This document shows, in pieces, positions 44,199-59,482 of a stretch of DNA of 64,000 nt. The DNA comes from the human T2T-CHM13v2.0 reference genome, Homo sapiens: assembly GCF_009914755.1 (NCBI RefSeq), contig NC_060933.1. One strand, 5' to 3'. Below the pieces are notes generated by a model. The model had not been told where the DNA came from. It searched no databases and saw nothing but the letters and a program-made list of their open reading frames with translations. Each line of letters opens with the position of its first letter. Positions within the stretch are counted from its first letter, which is position 1. The position numbers and the translations under genes were made by a program.

Positions 44199-45029
44199 TA
44201 ATTTCTGAGTCCTTTTTAACACTTGTTATTTTCTGCTTTTTTAACAGTAGCCATCTTAATGGGTGTGAGGTGGTATCTCATTGTCATTCTGATTTGATTT
44301 CCTGAATGATTAGTGATGAACATATGCTTATTGGCCATTTGTACATTTTCTTTGGAGAAATATCGAGTCAGGTCTTTTGCCTATGTTTGAATCAGTTGTT
44401 TGTTCTTCTGTTGTTGAGTTTTAGGAATTCTCTATATAGTCTGGATGTTAATCCCTTACTAGATATATGCTTTAAAAACATTTTCACCCATTCTGTGGGT
44501 TACCTTTTTAAGCTGTTGACATTGTCTTTTTGATAGACAAAATTTTTAAGTTTTCATGAAGTCCAATTTGTCTAGTTTTTCTTTCGTAGCCTGTGCCTTT
44601 GGTGTCATAGCCAAGAAGCCATTGCTAAAACCAGTGTCGTGAAGCTTTTGCCCAATGTTTTCTTCCACAGGTTTTCATAGTTTTAGGTCTTAAATTTAGG
44701 TCTTGATCTATTTTGAGCCCACTAACTTTCTAACATGGCTACAGAGAAACATTTCTGAGCAACATGAATAACTTTCTAAAAATTATTTAGGGGGAGTAGT
44801 GAGCAGACAGACTGAAGCTCAGTTCCCAGCTTTGCAAGATCTAGCCGTGACCATGGCTGCTATGATGAAGCCTTAGTTTGCTCATTGATTTAGCAGGGAT
44901 AATACCACTCACCTCTTAGGCTTTTTGGGGAGAGTACATTAAATATCATTATGTCAGGTGCTTCACATAATACCTGGCAGGTGGTCAGTGCTTTGAGATG
45001 GAGGTTATCTACGGCATGCTATCTACAGA

Positions 45030-45260
45030 AGCGCAGTGTTAAGATGATGGACTTAGGAGTTAGTCAGATGGATTTGAGACCTGAATATCAGCCATGTGAC
45101 CTTGGCATAGTCAACTACTCTCTTTATGCCTCTGTCTCCTTATTCATCAAAGTGGAACAACAGCAATATCTTTTTAGATGGTTTCAAGGAATAGCTGGGA
45201 GTGTATTTAAGAGTACTTCGCACAGCCCCTGGCACTGGTATGCCCTCAACAAATGGCTTC
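45030..45260 (+). mobile_element. MIR
   Basis: gcagtgttaaga...tgtgaccttggc...cacagcccctggcac. Confidence 0.7.
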
Positions 45261-47921
45261 AAAGAGCCATGGAAATCTTTAACATCAGTCTTCATCTTCT
45301 GCCTGCAACCTCTTAACACTCAGCCCATTTCTGTAACAGCCACCAATGTTATCTATGAGCTCTTGAAAGGCTGCCAGGCAGATGACTTTAAATAGCAGCA
45401 TCTGGCCAGTCTTGAGCTCATCGGACTCACGTAAAACTCACATATCAGCATTGAGAAGGTATAGATTACATTCAGAGGAGATTCTCCTTGAAATGTACCC
45501 TGAAAAACTTCAAGTGCAACTAGCTGTCTAATGCCTGATACTTTCTGATACTATGACATCCTCCCTTCCCTTTTCCCACCCCTGTAGGCCAGCATAGTCT
45601 TTCTAAAATGCTGATTGGATTCTGTGTTTCTAATGACTAGAGCTCCAGTGCATCTCCCCATCACCAACAGGTCTTCTGCCTCAGGAGGGCTTGATGGTCA
45701 ATGAGTCTGAGACACACTGGGTTAAGCCAAGTTCAGTCTGGGCAATGGCTGAGGGTCCTGTCGGGTCTTTATCGTTCCCTGTGTGCTTCTGACAGGGGAA
45801 CTGAGTCATCTGTACTCCCAGGGTCTTGGCTCTTTTTATTCAAAGAATACCCATTTCTACCAGTTTGAAAAACATTGGCCATACTCCTTTGAAAGGAACT
45901 TCTATGATTCTGAGGTTTTTCACAAGCCTTCCTTTCTGGTTTTATCGTTCTCTTTGCTTCTTTCTCAGCCCACTTCCATGCTGCAAGCACACAGAAATGA
46001 TCATTTTGCCCCAGTAGGCTGTGCCGTCTATTCTTGAGCATTTCAGCCTGGAATGAGTTGCCCTTCGCCATCTGGTGAAACTGCACTCGCCCTTCGAGGT
46101 CCCGCCAAAATATCCCCTCCTCTGGGACACCTGCCCCTCACCTCATCTCACCTACCCTACCCTGTTGTACTTTAACAAGGGATGACTTCTTGACTCTCTT
46201 TTCACCCCCACTGGGAGGTAAGCTCCTGGAAGGCAGGACCATGAATGGTTTGTCTTTGTATACCTGACACTAGGCCTGCACGGGATGCATGCTTATAACA
46301 TTGACCAAATGCTCACAGAACATCAGAAGGAGCCACTGGAAAATGACAGAGTGTTTTTAAGTCTGATTTAAATGTCTTAGGTTTTATACAGTTAAAAAAT
46401 TTTTCATTTCTCAGAATATAAATCCTTAGCATCTGACTACAAATTCTTAGTGGATTTCAGAACATCATGTACTTTCTGCTCTACTGAATACAGAATCTGA
46501 GGGAGGCAGAGCCATGGGTCTTTGGAGACCTGCTGACCCCGTGCTGTCATTTTAAAGATGAAGAAACTGAAGCCCAGAGAAGAGAGGCGCTCAGGCAGGG
46601 CCGGCACTCCTGATGCCCAGGCCAGCAGTTCCCTACAGCTCTGTGGACTACCAAGGCAGTTCTTCAGGGGCATGGAGGTGACCAATCAGGGCCTCACAAT
46701 CCAAATGCCTCCCCATGCCTAGCTAAGCTGAAGAGAACTTCTCCATAATGACACCAACATGTTCTGCTTGGTAATTATGGACCCAACAGTCACGATGAAC
46801 CACAGCACATACAGAAAAGACTACAAGAAAGCGGCGACAGCATGACACAAGAACCCACCCCCCTTGTAAAAGAAGAGTTTTGCTGGTGTTCACTCTTAAT
46901 GTTAAATAATGAAGTCTTTAGACAGTCACATATTTCTGCAAGATAACTCTGAAGGAACTCCGTGATAATTTGGCATCAATACCCAACTTATGTTACCTAA
47001 CATATTTTAGCAGCTACAACTCCCTGCGTGAGATATTCTATATGGACAGATCTATGGTGATTGGTAAATTACAATATGTACAAGTACAAATGCTTCTAGG
47101 AAATGGGGCTTTATGTAAATATGTGATATTTTGTACAGAATCCATGCTACTTACTTACATACACAGGTTGCTATAGTGGAGATGTAAACAGATATACCTT
47201 GGAGAAGATAATGTTTGTCTTTAAAGTGACTTGGGCTTATTTCTTCTTTAAACAATGGATTGCGAAGTGGGATTCACAAGCACCCTCCACATTTTGAGGC
47301 ATGTAGGCAACATAGCTTTAAAAGAGTTAACATATCCCTACCAGAAGTCCTAACAAATTGAATCTTATTTAATTAGATATTGTATTTGGGGGGAAAAATG
47401 AAATAAAATTATTTCATTAACTAAACCAAACTCCCTTAAAGGCAACAATATGTTCCTCTCTGTCAGGACAGAATGGAATGAAATCTTTATTTTAATTGGG
47501 GTCAGATGAGGAGCCATTTGGCTTCAGATGCTTTGTTTATCAGCCCTGAGCTTTATGGCTGAACCGGAACGTGAAATATTCCATTACACAACCGTTCCAC
47601 TTAAAAGCCCACTTTCCCAATGATTTTTCATATGTTAAATGCTGTAAATATAGCCCAAACTAGCTTTGAAATTTAGAAATAGAATATTTAAAGGTCCCCC
47701 AGCGACACGAGGCTCTCGGATGGCCTTGGGTCAGAGATGCTATTTCTTCTCTTCAACAACGTGGCCTCCCTTAGACAAGTGCCCTGTGATCAAGAGGAGC
47801 AGGCTAGCAATGCCATCCTCTGTGCCGCTGCTCCTCAACGTGAGTGAGTGTGCCCCCTTCATGCGCCTGAGCCGAAAGTTTCCAGAAATGACAAGCATTC
47901 ACCAAACACCTCCGAGAGCCC

Positions 47922-48170
47922 ACACAGTATGGTGATTAAGAGCAAGGACTTTGGAGCTAGACATTTTGCATTACAATTCTGACCTTAATGCTTCCTAGCT
48001 GTGTTACCTTGGGCAAATCAATTAACTTTTCTGTGCTTTAGTTTTTTCATCTGCACAACAGAAAAAATAATATTATTTACCTCACAGGGTGGTTGTGAGG
48101 ATTAAATGAGTAATATGTATAAAGTGCTTTAATTAGTGCCCCGCACGGAGTAAGCACTATTTAAGAATTA
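47922..48170 (+). mobile_element. Near full-length MIR
   Basis: Clear match to the MIR consensus from the tRNA-like head to the 3' tail. Confidence 0.9.
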
Positions 48171-48172
48171 TT

Positions 48173-48515
<343 letters not shown>

Positions 48516-48767
48516 TTATCCTCATAACAACTTACAGAGATTAGGGTAATTATGACTGTTTCACAAACGAGGAAATAGGCTCAGAGAGATTAAATTACCT
48601 GTACAGGGTCACATAGCCAGAAAGTCACAGGAGTGGGGTTGAACCCAGGTTTGTCTTCAGTCCAGGGTTCTTCCCACCAAAAGATGTTGCTTTGAGGGCA
48701 AACAGAATAAACACATATTCAAGCTTCAGAACCCAGAGATGGCTCAAAATTTCCTTATGCTCTTTCA

Positions 48768-49118
<351 letters not shown>

Positions 49119-49349
49119 CTAAGAGGAACAAGGTTGTTGTAACCACTACTGTTTTTCTTATGAGATCTAGAACTTCTGGCCAAAAAGGAATTCTAAATAG
49201 ATCTTATTATATACAAAAGGATGACCTAAGTCATCTGATGTAGTAAATGATCTGAATTTTAAAGTTTGCATCTTTATAATCACTGAGGCTAACAATAGTT
49301 ATAATTAGCAGACCAACTCATTCATTAGGCAGTTATGTGCAAGGTTCTA

Positions 49350-49728
<379 letters not shown>

Positions 49729-50784
49729 ATTTTTTGTCTTAAAATTACTAGTGTTCAGAGAGTTAAAAGACAGTTTCCATTGCTACTGTGAAGCTTTGAC
49801 TTTATTCAGTTCCTCTTAAAATGCATTGACTCAGAAAACAACTTGCTTTTTATCTTTCAAGTTCTAGCATCAAAATCCATCTAGAGTTTCAGTATTCTTT
49901 TTCAAGCACATCGGCGATGGGTTAATGGTGACATTATCTGACAGCTCCCAGATAACACAGGCAAAGAGAGATGGGACTCATCAAGAAACACCGCCTCAGC
50001 TAGACTTAGTAAGTCCAGAGCCAGTGTTATACAAGACAAGGCTCCTAAAATGAAACTGGAAAAGTAGCAAAAGTTTTGGCAAAAAGCACATTTTTAACTT
50101 TCGTTTTTGGTGATGACAACGGGATCATATTGTCCGGACCTGATAGGACAGAGTCAAATTCCACTGTGTCTTTGCCATTTGCATTCATACATGCTTACAG
50201 AAAATACAGCCATTTTAAATTAAATGCATTATTCATGGTTCGTAAATTCTAAGACGACACCCATGAAGATATCTCTAAGCATTTTCCCATCTTCTGTGAA
50301 ATGTGCTGTTCTAGAAACTGTAATAAAATGAGCTGTTTCTGCAACTTCACAGCAGGTATTTTGATTTGATGATAATCACTTTTCTTTACAATTTTCTTGT
50401 AATTGTGCCATGATCTTTTGACAAATAAAAAAAGACAAGTGGACATCCACATGTGTGTAATTCGCTAATTGCACATCTTCAGTGAGGAAAAATGCTTGTT
50501 TTAAAAGTTATTCTCTTAACCACAGAGTTCAAAGTGAACGTGGCATGAACATCTAAATAAATATCAAGGAAGTGTCAAAGGTAACTGAGGAGAGATCAGG
50601 TGAAGTGTGAAGTGTTAATTGTATCTAAAAAAAAGTATAAAAGAATAGAGGGAAAAGACAGATATACTGAATTCCCAATTATCATAATGTTGTCTTTTTC
50701 CTAACACATTTTCAAACTTGAAAAGAACACTGAAGCCAGAGGAATTCAGAGCAGAGTACCCCCGGCTGTGTCCTCCAAATATCT

Positions 50785-50873
50785 CACACTCTGTGTGCAC
50801 ACAGTTTATTTAAATACAAAATAAAATTATGACTTACAAAATGCACATGTACGTCACCATACAAAATCAGCCT
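50785..50873 (-). other. Candidate short terminal exon of an unidentified minus-strand gene (phase-1 reading xADFVW*)
   Basis: About 60 nt AG-free pyrimidine-rich tract ending ttctag|AGGCTG; three UGUA then AATAAA; 3' boundary is an estimate. Confidence 0.55.
50805..50810 (-). terminator. Polyadenylation signal AATAAA
   Basis: TTTATT on +; UGUA at 50815, 50835 and 50860 upstream on the minus strand; GU-containing sequence downstream. Confidence 0.55.
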
Positions 50874-51529
50874 CTAGAAGGCACCGTGAAGGAATGGAAC
50901 ATGAAACGAAGAAGGAAAGAAAGAGAGAGGAAGAGGCCCTGTGCCTCTGCTTGATCTGATATACTAGGGGCACTGTCTTAAAGGTGAGTAGGGGATGGCT
51001 CACATGATCATCCTCACACTCAAACACAAGCCCGTACACACAGAGCAGCTGCAAAATTAAGATGGCTCATGGATACTGAATGTACTGTGGACAAATTTTG
51101 GCTCTGAGGGAAAAGAAGCGAGGCAAACAAGACTTCGCAGAAGACGTTCTCACCAACAGAAAGCATGAGATGGGACACCTGGCTTTCCTGGACAGTACAT
51201 GGAGTTGGAGAGTCAGACAGGTCTGTCTTCTAAATTGCCACTTGCTAGCTGACTAAGCCTGTCTGAACCTCAGGTTCTGTAAAGAGCGAGGAGAAATACT
51301 GGGAAGGGCTGCTGGGAGCATTAGGGGTCACGTAGCATAGCGTCTTACACAGGAGAGGTGCTCTTGCACCATCTTCCTTTATGGCCTCGTTTTTGAGCCT
51401 TCTCTCTGGGTCACAGATGGATGGCACATCCCCAGTGAACATGCAAGAAAGGTCACTTGCATTTTCAGTCCTTTACTACTCTTGGGTGGCACCAAGCAAG
51501 CCCCTCAAATTATAGAAGAGCCTGAACAT

Positions 51530-52170
51530 GAGATGAGAGCTTTCCAATTCTCCAGCTCCAGGCCAGACTTTCCTCCTGAACTGCAAGACCTGTTCTATCC
51601 ATTGTATGCTGGATGCTTACACTTGGAGGACCCACATGTTTCTCAAACTCCACACTCCAATCCTGAACACTTCTTTCCCCCACCCTTTGGCCTGCTGCAT
51701 TCTTGACCTCAGGCAAGGAAATCTCCACTGACTGACTCATTGGATTCTATGACCAGGGTCATCTCCAATGCCTCTATCTCCTTCTCCTTATTTCTGAGAA
51801 GTTGCCTACCTCAGATGAACCTACCTGTAAGGTGTCGACAAGACATCTCTGCCTCCTCATGCCTTGTCATTCCTCTCCTGGACGAGAAAGCTGTCCCCTT
51901 CAAAGACTTGGCTCAAAAATACAGAGTAATGTCCTATGACTGCACTGCCCGCCATGGCCCCAGCAGTGCGGCCTGCCCTGTGAGTCGCGCCTTCCCACTT
52001 CTCTGCTGTAGCCCAGGAAAACACAGTCGCTACACAACCTCCTCCTCATCTCTCACCACCGTGGAGTTCCTCAAAGGCAGAGATGACCTCTTATTGATCC
52101 TTGTGCTCCTTGTATTACCCCAGAGCTGGACCCAGAGTGGGTGTCTAGGCAAGTGGGTTGAACCTGTTGA
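51530..52170 (+). mobile_element. L2 fragment
   Basis: tctccagc...ctcctgaactgcaagacc...tctcaaactc; gagttcctcaaaggcag. Confidence 0.65.
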
Positions 52171-52659
52171 TTACATCTTTATACATGTTATGCGGTCATA
52201 TGAACTCATCTGATAAAGGGAAATACACAATAGAATGATCAGTGTGAGCACACAAGGACACATCCCCAACTGTGTCCCATCACAACAGGATACAGAGGGG
52301 AAACATTTGTGTGGCACTTTCCATTTTAAGCAGCATGTATGCACCTGCCATTTTTTGTGAATAGCAGCCACATGAGATGGGCAGAGAAGGGACTGGTGTT
52401 CCCATTCTACAGGTGAGGAAGTTTGGAGGAGGAAAGTGACCTGTATGGGGGCACACAGCACAGGTGGTAGAGTGAGATGTGACCCAGGCCTTTTAGACTC
52501 CATACCACAGGCCATCCCCTGCCATGTCACTCTCTGCAACTAGAAATGCAGAAGCCTCAGTTCCTGCTCACAGTTCAGCCAAAGGTACCCACTGCTTCCA
52601 AGGATAGGAGATGTGGCCTTGAGGCTTTCTTAACACAGAAGGTGGAGGAGCAGAAAGGG

Positions 52660-52860
52660 GATGCTTTACACTAAAATAAGAAAACATTCCTAAAAACAGG
52701 AGCATTTCAAAGATGGAAAGGTTGCTTCAGAAGGAAGTAAGTTCCCTGGCACCAGAGGTATGCAAGAGAAGCTGGAAAGCCTCATGGGAGGATGTTGTAG
52801 GGGAGACTCGAGCATGGAATAGGCAATAAGGCCACACAATCCTTCCAGTCTTGGGATTCT
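52660..52860 (+). mobile_element. L3/CR1 3' end
   Basis: gtaagttccctggcaccagaggtatgcaagagaagctgga...ccttccagtcttgggattct. Confidence 0.7.
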
Positions 52861-54619
52861 CAGATGCAAAATGTTGCTTAGGAAAACACTGTGACCTCAG
52901 AACAGGCCCAGAAGCAGGCTGTGCAGAGGCCAGCTACATTCCCCTCCTTCTTCTGATTCCCAAACCTCCATGCATCCCTCAAGGCCCCAGATATCCCCAC
53001 TCCTAGGAAGACTTCCCAGAGTCCCTCTCTGGGTAGGGACTTCTGCCATGCTTCCACAGTCCTATGCAGGTAACTCTTCAGTTAAGGGCTCAGATGTCTG
53101 AGGCCTTCGAACTTGGGCTCCAGTCCTGGCTCTGGCATCAGAAGGGTGGCTTTGGGGAAGCTACTTCACTGTCCTGAGCCTAGGCTATGGTGAGGATCTG
53201 AGGGCTAACACAGCGGGGGTGCTAGGTGCCATGTCAGGCACAGAGTCAGTGCTCAGGAAGCACCTGCTGCCACAGTGCACAGTGCAGTTGCCTGTTGCAC
53301 GGGACTAGACTGTGCTGGGAACAAGAAGCATGTCCGATTTAACTCAGAATCCCTGTCTCATCCCCAGCACAGGGCTGAGGACAGCAGCTGCTCAGTCACT
53401 GTTGGCTGAGGATGGTGAAGTTAGCAATCAACTGACCACCATAGCAGCAGCACAAGGCCTGGCTTCAGGGCTGGACACTTATGAGCTCTGAATGCCAGAA
53501 AAAATCATCTCATATTTCCACTACTCAGTTTCTCCCATTGAAAAACGTGACTGATGCTAGTATTTGCACCCCCACCCACTTCCAGTTTGCCGTGAGCATT
53601 ACAGAAGGCTTTGTGAACCACAGAGTGCCAAGCCAACAACAGCTACTGAATGTTGCAGCGCCAGGCGGGAATGGGGACAGGAGAGACAGAAGAGCTGCAG
53701 CCCAGCTTGGCTGGGGGTTGCAGGGATTGTCTGTGGTCCAGTGTCCCTTGGCTCCCAAAACAAAACCCAGCAGTTATCAGGGTCTCGTGACTTGAGGGTC
53801 TCCACTCTGCTTACATGTGGAAGCCGTGTGCAGTCAATCACAAGGGGAACCAAAATCAGAGAGGAAAATGACAAAGGGAGAGAGGAGAAGAATACAGAGG
53901 ATCGAGTAGGTCACCGTGTTCCTGGAAACTAAAAGCTCCAAACAAGAACCAGCAGAATGGCAAAAAGGCAAACAGGTGATCAAAGGCAAAAGAACAAAAT
54001 GCAGGCCAGGAAGTCAGTGCCAAAGAATTGATTAGTCAAACATATGAATCTCTCATGCTGCAGCGGAAATATCACAGCCCCGGCTCCTCACTGTGGAGCC
54101 CTCTCCTCATAATAGGAGATATGAAGAGGCCGGGGAATAAAGCAACTTTCATTTTTCCTCCGTGAATGCAGAGGGCCAGGCCCCATGAGGACCTCGCCTT
54201 GTGCTGGCTTCGAGGGGGAGCGTGGCCCCTGGCCATGGGAGTGGGGTGCGACTGAATGGGCTGGCACTCGGCTCACTTCACTTGAAAGCTCCGAGGCCTC
54301 TATAGATGCAGGTCTCGGGCAAGAACAGCATCCTGGGACTTGGACTTGGAGATTCAAATGAGGAGAGGTGAGTGTCCTCCTCAGCATCGTGGGGACTAGA
54401 GTTCCTTCGCGGCACTTTTCAGTGCTCCTTCCTGCTGCACGGTCCCACTGGCTATTCTGCAGCCAGCACTGACAGAGCGTCACAGACCTCCCCAAAGCAG
54501 GAGCCAGAAGCCTAGTGGCATGGATGCAACTGGAAGCTTCTCGAATATGTGGGGTGGGCATGTGCATAAGTTTGGCTGGCCGCCTTAAAGAACTGAAGGT
54601 GACTTGGGACAGTGGAAGG

Positions 54620-54800
54620 AGGGGCAGATTTGGAGTCAGCAGACACTGGTTCAAATACCAGCTTTGCTGGTAATGGTTGAAATTCCTCTACCTCTCTGAG
54701 TCTCAGTTTCCTAAGCTGGAAAATGGGGATAATAATACGTGCCCTTAAGGGCTGCTGTGAGGATTAAATTAAATGAGATGTGAGGGTGTCTGAAAGCGTG
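54620..54800 (+). mobile_element. MIR
   Basis: ctctctgagtctcagtttcc...aaaatggggataataa. Confidence 0.8.
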
Positions 54801-55934
54801 TCTGCCTCACAGATGTGCAACTCAGGTAAAAGACATGCTACCATATCTTAAAACAGTCTCAGAATTCTGGAAGCCAGAAAAAGAGATACATAACCTGTAG
54901 CTCTTCTCTGAATATGCTATAGGAATGTGGATCGTTCAAGTTGATTACTACCGAAATGTCATTCAAGGCCTGTTTACCTGTTGGCCCTTCTTCTCCGGAG
55001 TCCGGTGAGGTGGCCATGGCCTGACCTCTGGGTGGAAGGGCTCCTCTGTTGACTGTGATTCTCAGGGCAGCCCGGTCCTCCTTGTTCACCCCACACCCAC
55101 ACGAGAATCAGCCTGGCACACTGAATGGAGCTCAGGCTTCAGAGCCAGAGACTGAGATTGGAAGCCCCAGCCTCCCACTGACTCACTGTGATAAAAGGTC
55201 TGTTTCTAAGTCCTCTTTATACGTCGGATGCATGTTACTCAAACTTTCAAGTAAGAAACACTTTTTAGGGTGGGTCCCAGAGGACAGGTGAGATCCTACA
55301 GAACTGAGGCACTGGAATTTTCTCTACAGACTTGAGTGCTATCCTTTAATTTTCTCAGTTGAGATCGGCACATCTTTCCCTGGTTGCTAAGAGGACACAC
55401 CAAGGCCCAGGGTCTGAGGACGCCAGAGCGGGAAGAGCCGCTGGGTGTCATACAATCCATCTCTTCCTTTCACTGCTGGAAGCACTGAGGACCAAAAGAG
55501 GGATTGGAAGAACTGCTTTGGGTTGATGCTGCCCTGTTCTGGGCCCAAAGACAGCATCATACCAAGACTTGCTCTTGATGACTGACAGGAAGCAGCTAGC
55601 CAGGCACTTGACAGACAGGCTGGGCTGGTCAATCCAGATGGATTTACTGCAACTAACAGAAAAATGACTGTGCAGAACAGTGTCACATACCCTTTTGATC
55701 ATGTCCTGCACTGCCCACTATGATGTCTGCTTCAGGTAGATCTTAAATGAGAACTTAAAAGCTTTCTCCCCTCCTAACTGGAGCCTGCCCAACATGGATC
55801 CCCAAAGGCTTAACTGTTTGCAAAGTGCTGGTCACCAGATTAGAACATGAGGGAAGAGTTTTTATTAAAAACAGAATTCCCTCCCCAAGTCCAAAAGTCA
55901 CTGGAAAGGTTGGGCAAGGTAGGGTTCTATTTTG

Positions 55935-55936
<2 letters not shown>

Positions 55937-55974
<38 letters not shown>
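55937..55974. repeat. (TG)n microsatellite
   Basis: Seen directly. Confidence 0.97.
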
Positions 55975-55976
<2 letters not shown>

Positions 55977-55999
55977 ATGACACCCAGCATGGGGTGTCT

Positions 56000-57500
56000 C
56001 AGCCTAAGGTGGGTGACTAAGGTATCTGTTTGGGTCATGGACCCAACATGCTTATCAGACCTTGAATGGTGCAATGAGGAATGCACCACATGGAATGGTC
56101 CACGTGGAAGGGATGGCAGGGCAAGGAGGGCCTGAGCCAGGGGGCAGCCTGGCTCAGGGTGTCAGAGCCTGAGGGAGATGAGGAGGATGTTTATGTGAGA
56201 GAGTGGAGGTGGTGGGTTGGCATGGGATGTTGGAACTTAAGTAGGATCTAGAAGAATCCATGTGAGAAGGGAGGCAGTGGCAGTGGTCTAGCGCTGGGGT
56301 GTTAGAGCCTGAGGTGAGGAAGTAGACAGAGGAGGCCTAACCTCGGATGTCAGAGTCAGGGAGGGCAAGGAGAGCATCTGGGTGGGGATGGAGGCAGGGG
56401 CAGCGACAGAAGCGTGGTTCCACACAAATAACCAAATATATTAGGAAAATATAGGCCAGGTTTTTCACTTTTGTAGAAAGTAGTCACAGATATGTAAAGG
56501 GAGAAAACTAGAATAATTCCTATGTTGGACTGGAATAGGAACCATTGGTGTGAACCCACGGCCTTCAGTATGGGAAGATGGATACAGAAACAGAGACATA
56601 AAGTGCCTATCGTGGGTCTGGGTGTGTTACACATTCCTTGGCTGTATCAACTAGAAGGGCCTAGCATCAGTAATACCAAGTAGGAATGAGTATACCTGGT
56701 GCCTAGATCTTGGTTTCTAAGTATCACTCCCTACTAAAAGGAACCAGGACTCACGGAGGAAAGGGCTGACTCCAGATCTGAGACAGGAAATGCACAAGAT
56801 GAACCTCAGGCAGTTTGGCAGGGTGGAATACGGTCATGTGTTAACAGTCACATAATCACATTGTGGGGTAGGCTACAAGACAACTGGTCTGGACTCTTCA
56901 AAAATGTAAATGCCTTGGAAGACCAAAACATAACAAAAAGCAACAGAGACTATCCTACATGAAACGGTACTAAAGAGACATAACAACCATAGGCAATGTG
57001 TGATCCTCGATTTGAGCCCAAGTACATTAAGCAAGAAAGATGATTAGAAAAGATATTTTGGAGTCAACTGGGAAAACTGTATGTAGATTACAGATTGTCT
57101 ATTAGGTTGGTGCAAAAGTAACTGCGATTTTTGCTATTAAAAGTGATATTTCCATTACATAATATTATTGTAACAATTTCAAATATCTTGAGAACGATAA
57201 TGGCTTTATGATTAGGATAGAGAATGTCCTATCTTCTTAGAAAATACAGGCTGAAATACTTAGGAGTGAAGCGTCATAATAACTTACTTTAAAATGGTTC
57301 CGCAAAAATAAAGCAAACAAAATGAAAACAAAAACAAAACAAAAGGCACAGTGTGCATATATTTAGAAATACAACGCACATTTGTAAAACATTAATTATC
57401 AGTGAACACAGGTGAAGGGTAAATGGGTATTCACTGTACTATTCTTTCAACTTTTCCATAGGTTTGAATTTTTTTAAATGAAAAGTTGAAGGAAAAAGAA
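56000..57500 (+). mobile_element. Old L1 3' region fragments (L1MC/MD and L1ME-like)
   Basis: gatcttggtttctaa...aaaaggaaccagg; ggactcttcaaaaatg; attcactgtactattctttcaacttttc. Confidence 0.7.
57102..57147 (+). mobile_element. Half MADE1 (Hsmar1 MITE), single TIR
   Basis: ttaggttggtgcaaaagtaactgcgatttttgc preceded by TA. Confidence 0.85.
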
Positions 57501-57580
57501 AATGTCAAATTTTTATTTTTTAGAGATGCTTACTAATTAATATAACTTAAAGATGAAATGAAGTACTTAAATTGTTCTTA

Positions 57581-57997
<417 letters not shown>

Positions 57998-58444
57998 GGT
58001 TGGGGGGAGAGTAGGGTAGAAAACAAATGAAACAAATATGACAAAATGTCAATGGTGGTTGAAGCTGTGTGATGGGTACATGGGGGGTGTGTACTCTGTA
58101 CTTTTGCGTGTATTTGGGCTGGGGTGGGGAATCCCAGTCCAGAAAGATGTATTTGTTACAATTTTATAAGAAGGTTAATACTAAAAAATATAAAAGGAGC
58201 TTATGTAAATAAAAATAAGACAACACTGAGAGCCCAGTAGAGAAGTGTCAGGTTCATAATGAAAAAACAAACACCTGGCAAATAAACATGAATAACAGTT
58301 CAATGTCACTAGTAATCAAGGAAACAAAAATTAAAACAATTCATTTCTCTTTGCCTATTAAATTGGCAAATATAAAAAATAAAAACTCCTAGTTGTAGTC
58401 AAGAGTGGCCATCTATGGAATGTTAATAAGAATGGACAATAGTA

Positions 58445-58735
<291 letters not shown>

Positions 58736-58848
58736 AAGAACGGACAATAGTAAAACATTTATGAAATGAAACTTGTCAAGTGTCTCAAGGACCTTAAAAA
58801 TAATCATATCCTTTAATCCAGAACTGGAATTGCTGGGAATTTAGTTTA

Positions 58849-59482
<634 letters not shown>

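Larger units (their letters stand above)
42776..44720 (-). mobile_element. L1MB-type element interrupted by MLT2A1
   Basis: Reverse-complement L1 3' UTR and end of ORF2; intact 11-bp TSD actaactttct at 42765-42775 and 44721-44731. Confidence 0.9.

Noticed and set aside
53815-53921. Minus-strand 107-nt exon candidate
   Set aside because: Several competing AGs, pyrimidine-rich intron-like composition and a mediocre donor; probably reflects strand skew.
54088-54654. 188-aa minus-strand ORF; also 13921-14517 (198 aa) and 10143-10640 (165 aa)
   Set aside because: No recognisable protein similarity, partly repeat-derived, and of a length compatible with chance in GC-rich DNA.
54978-55027. Minus-strand 50-nt exon candidate with Kozak-like GCCATGG and CAG|gtaaac donor
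   Set aside because: Short, weak pyrimidine tract and no recognisable peptide in any frame.
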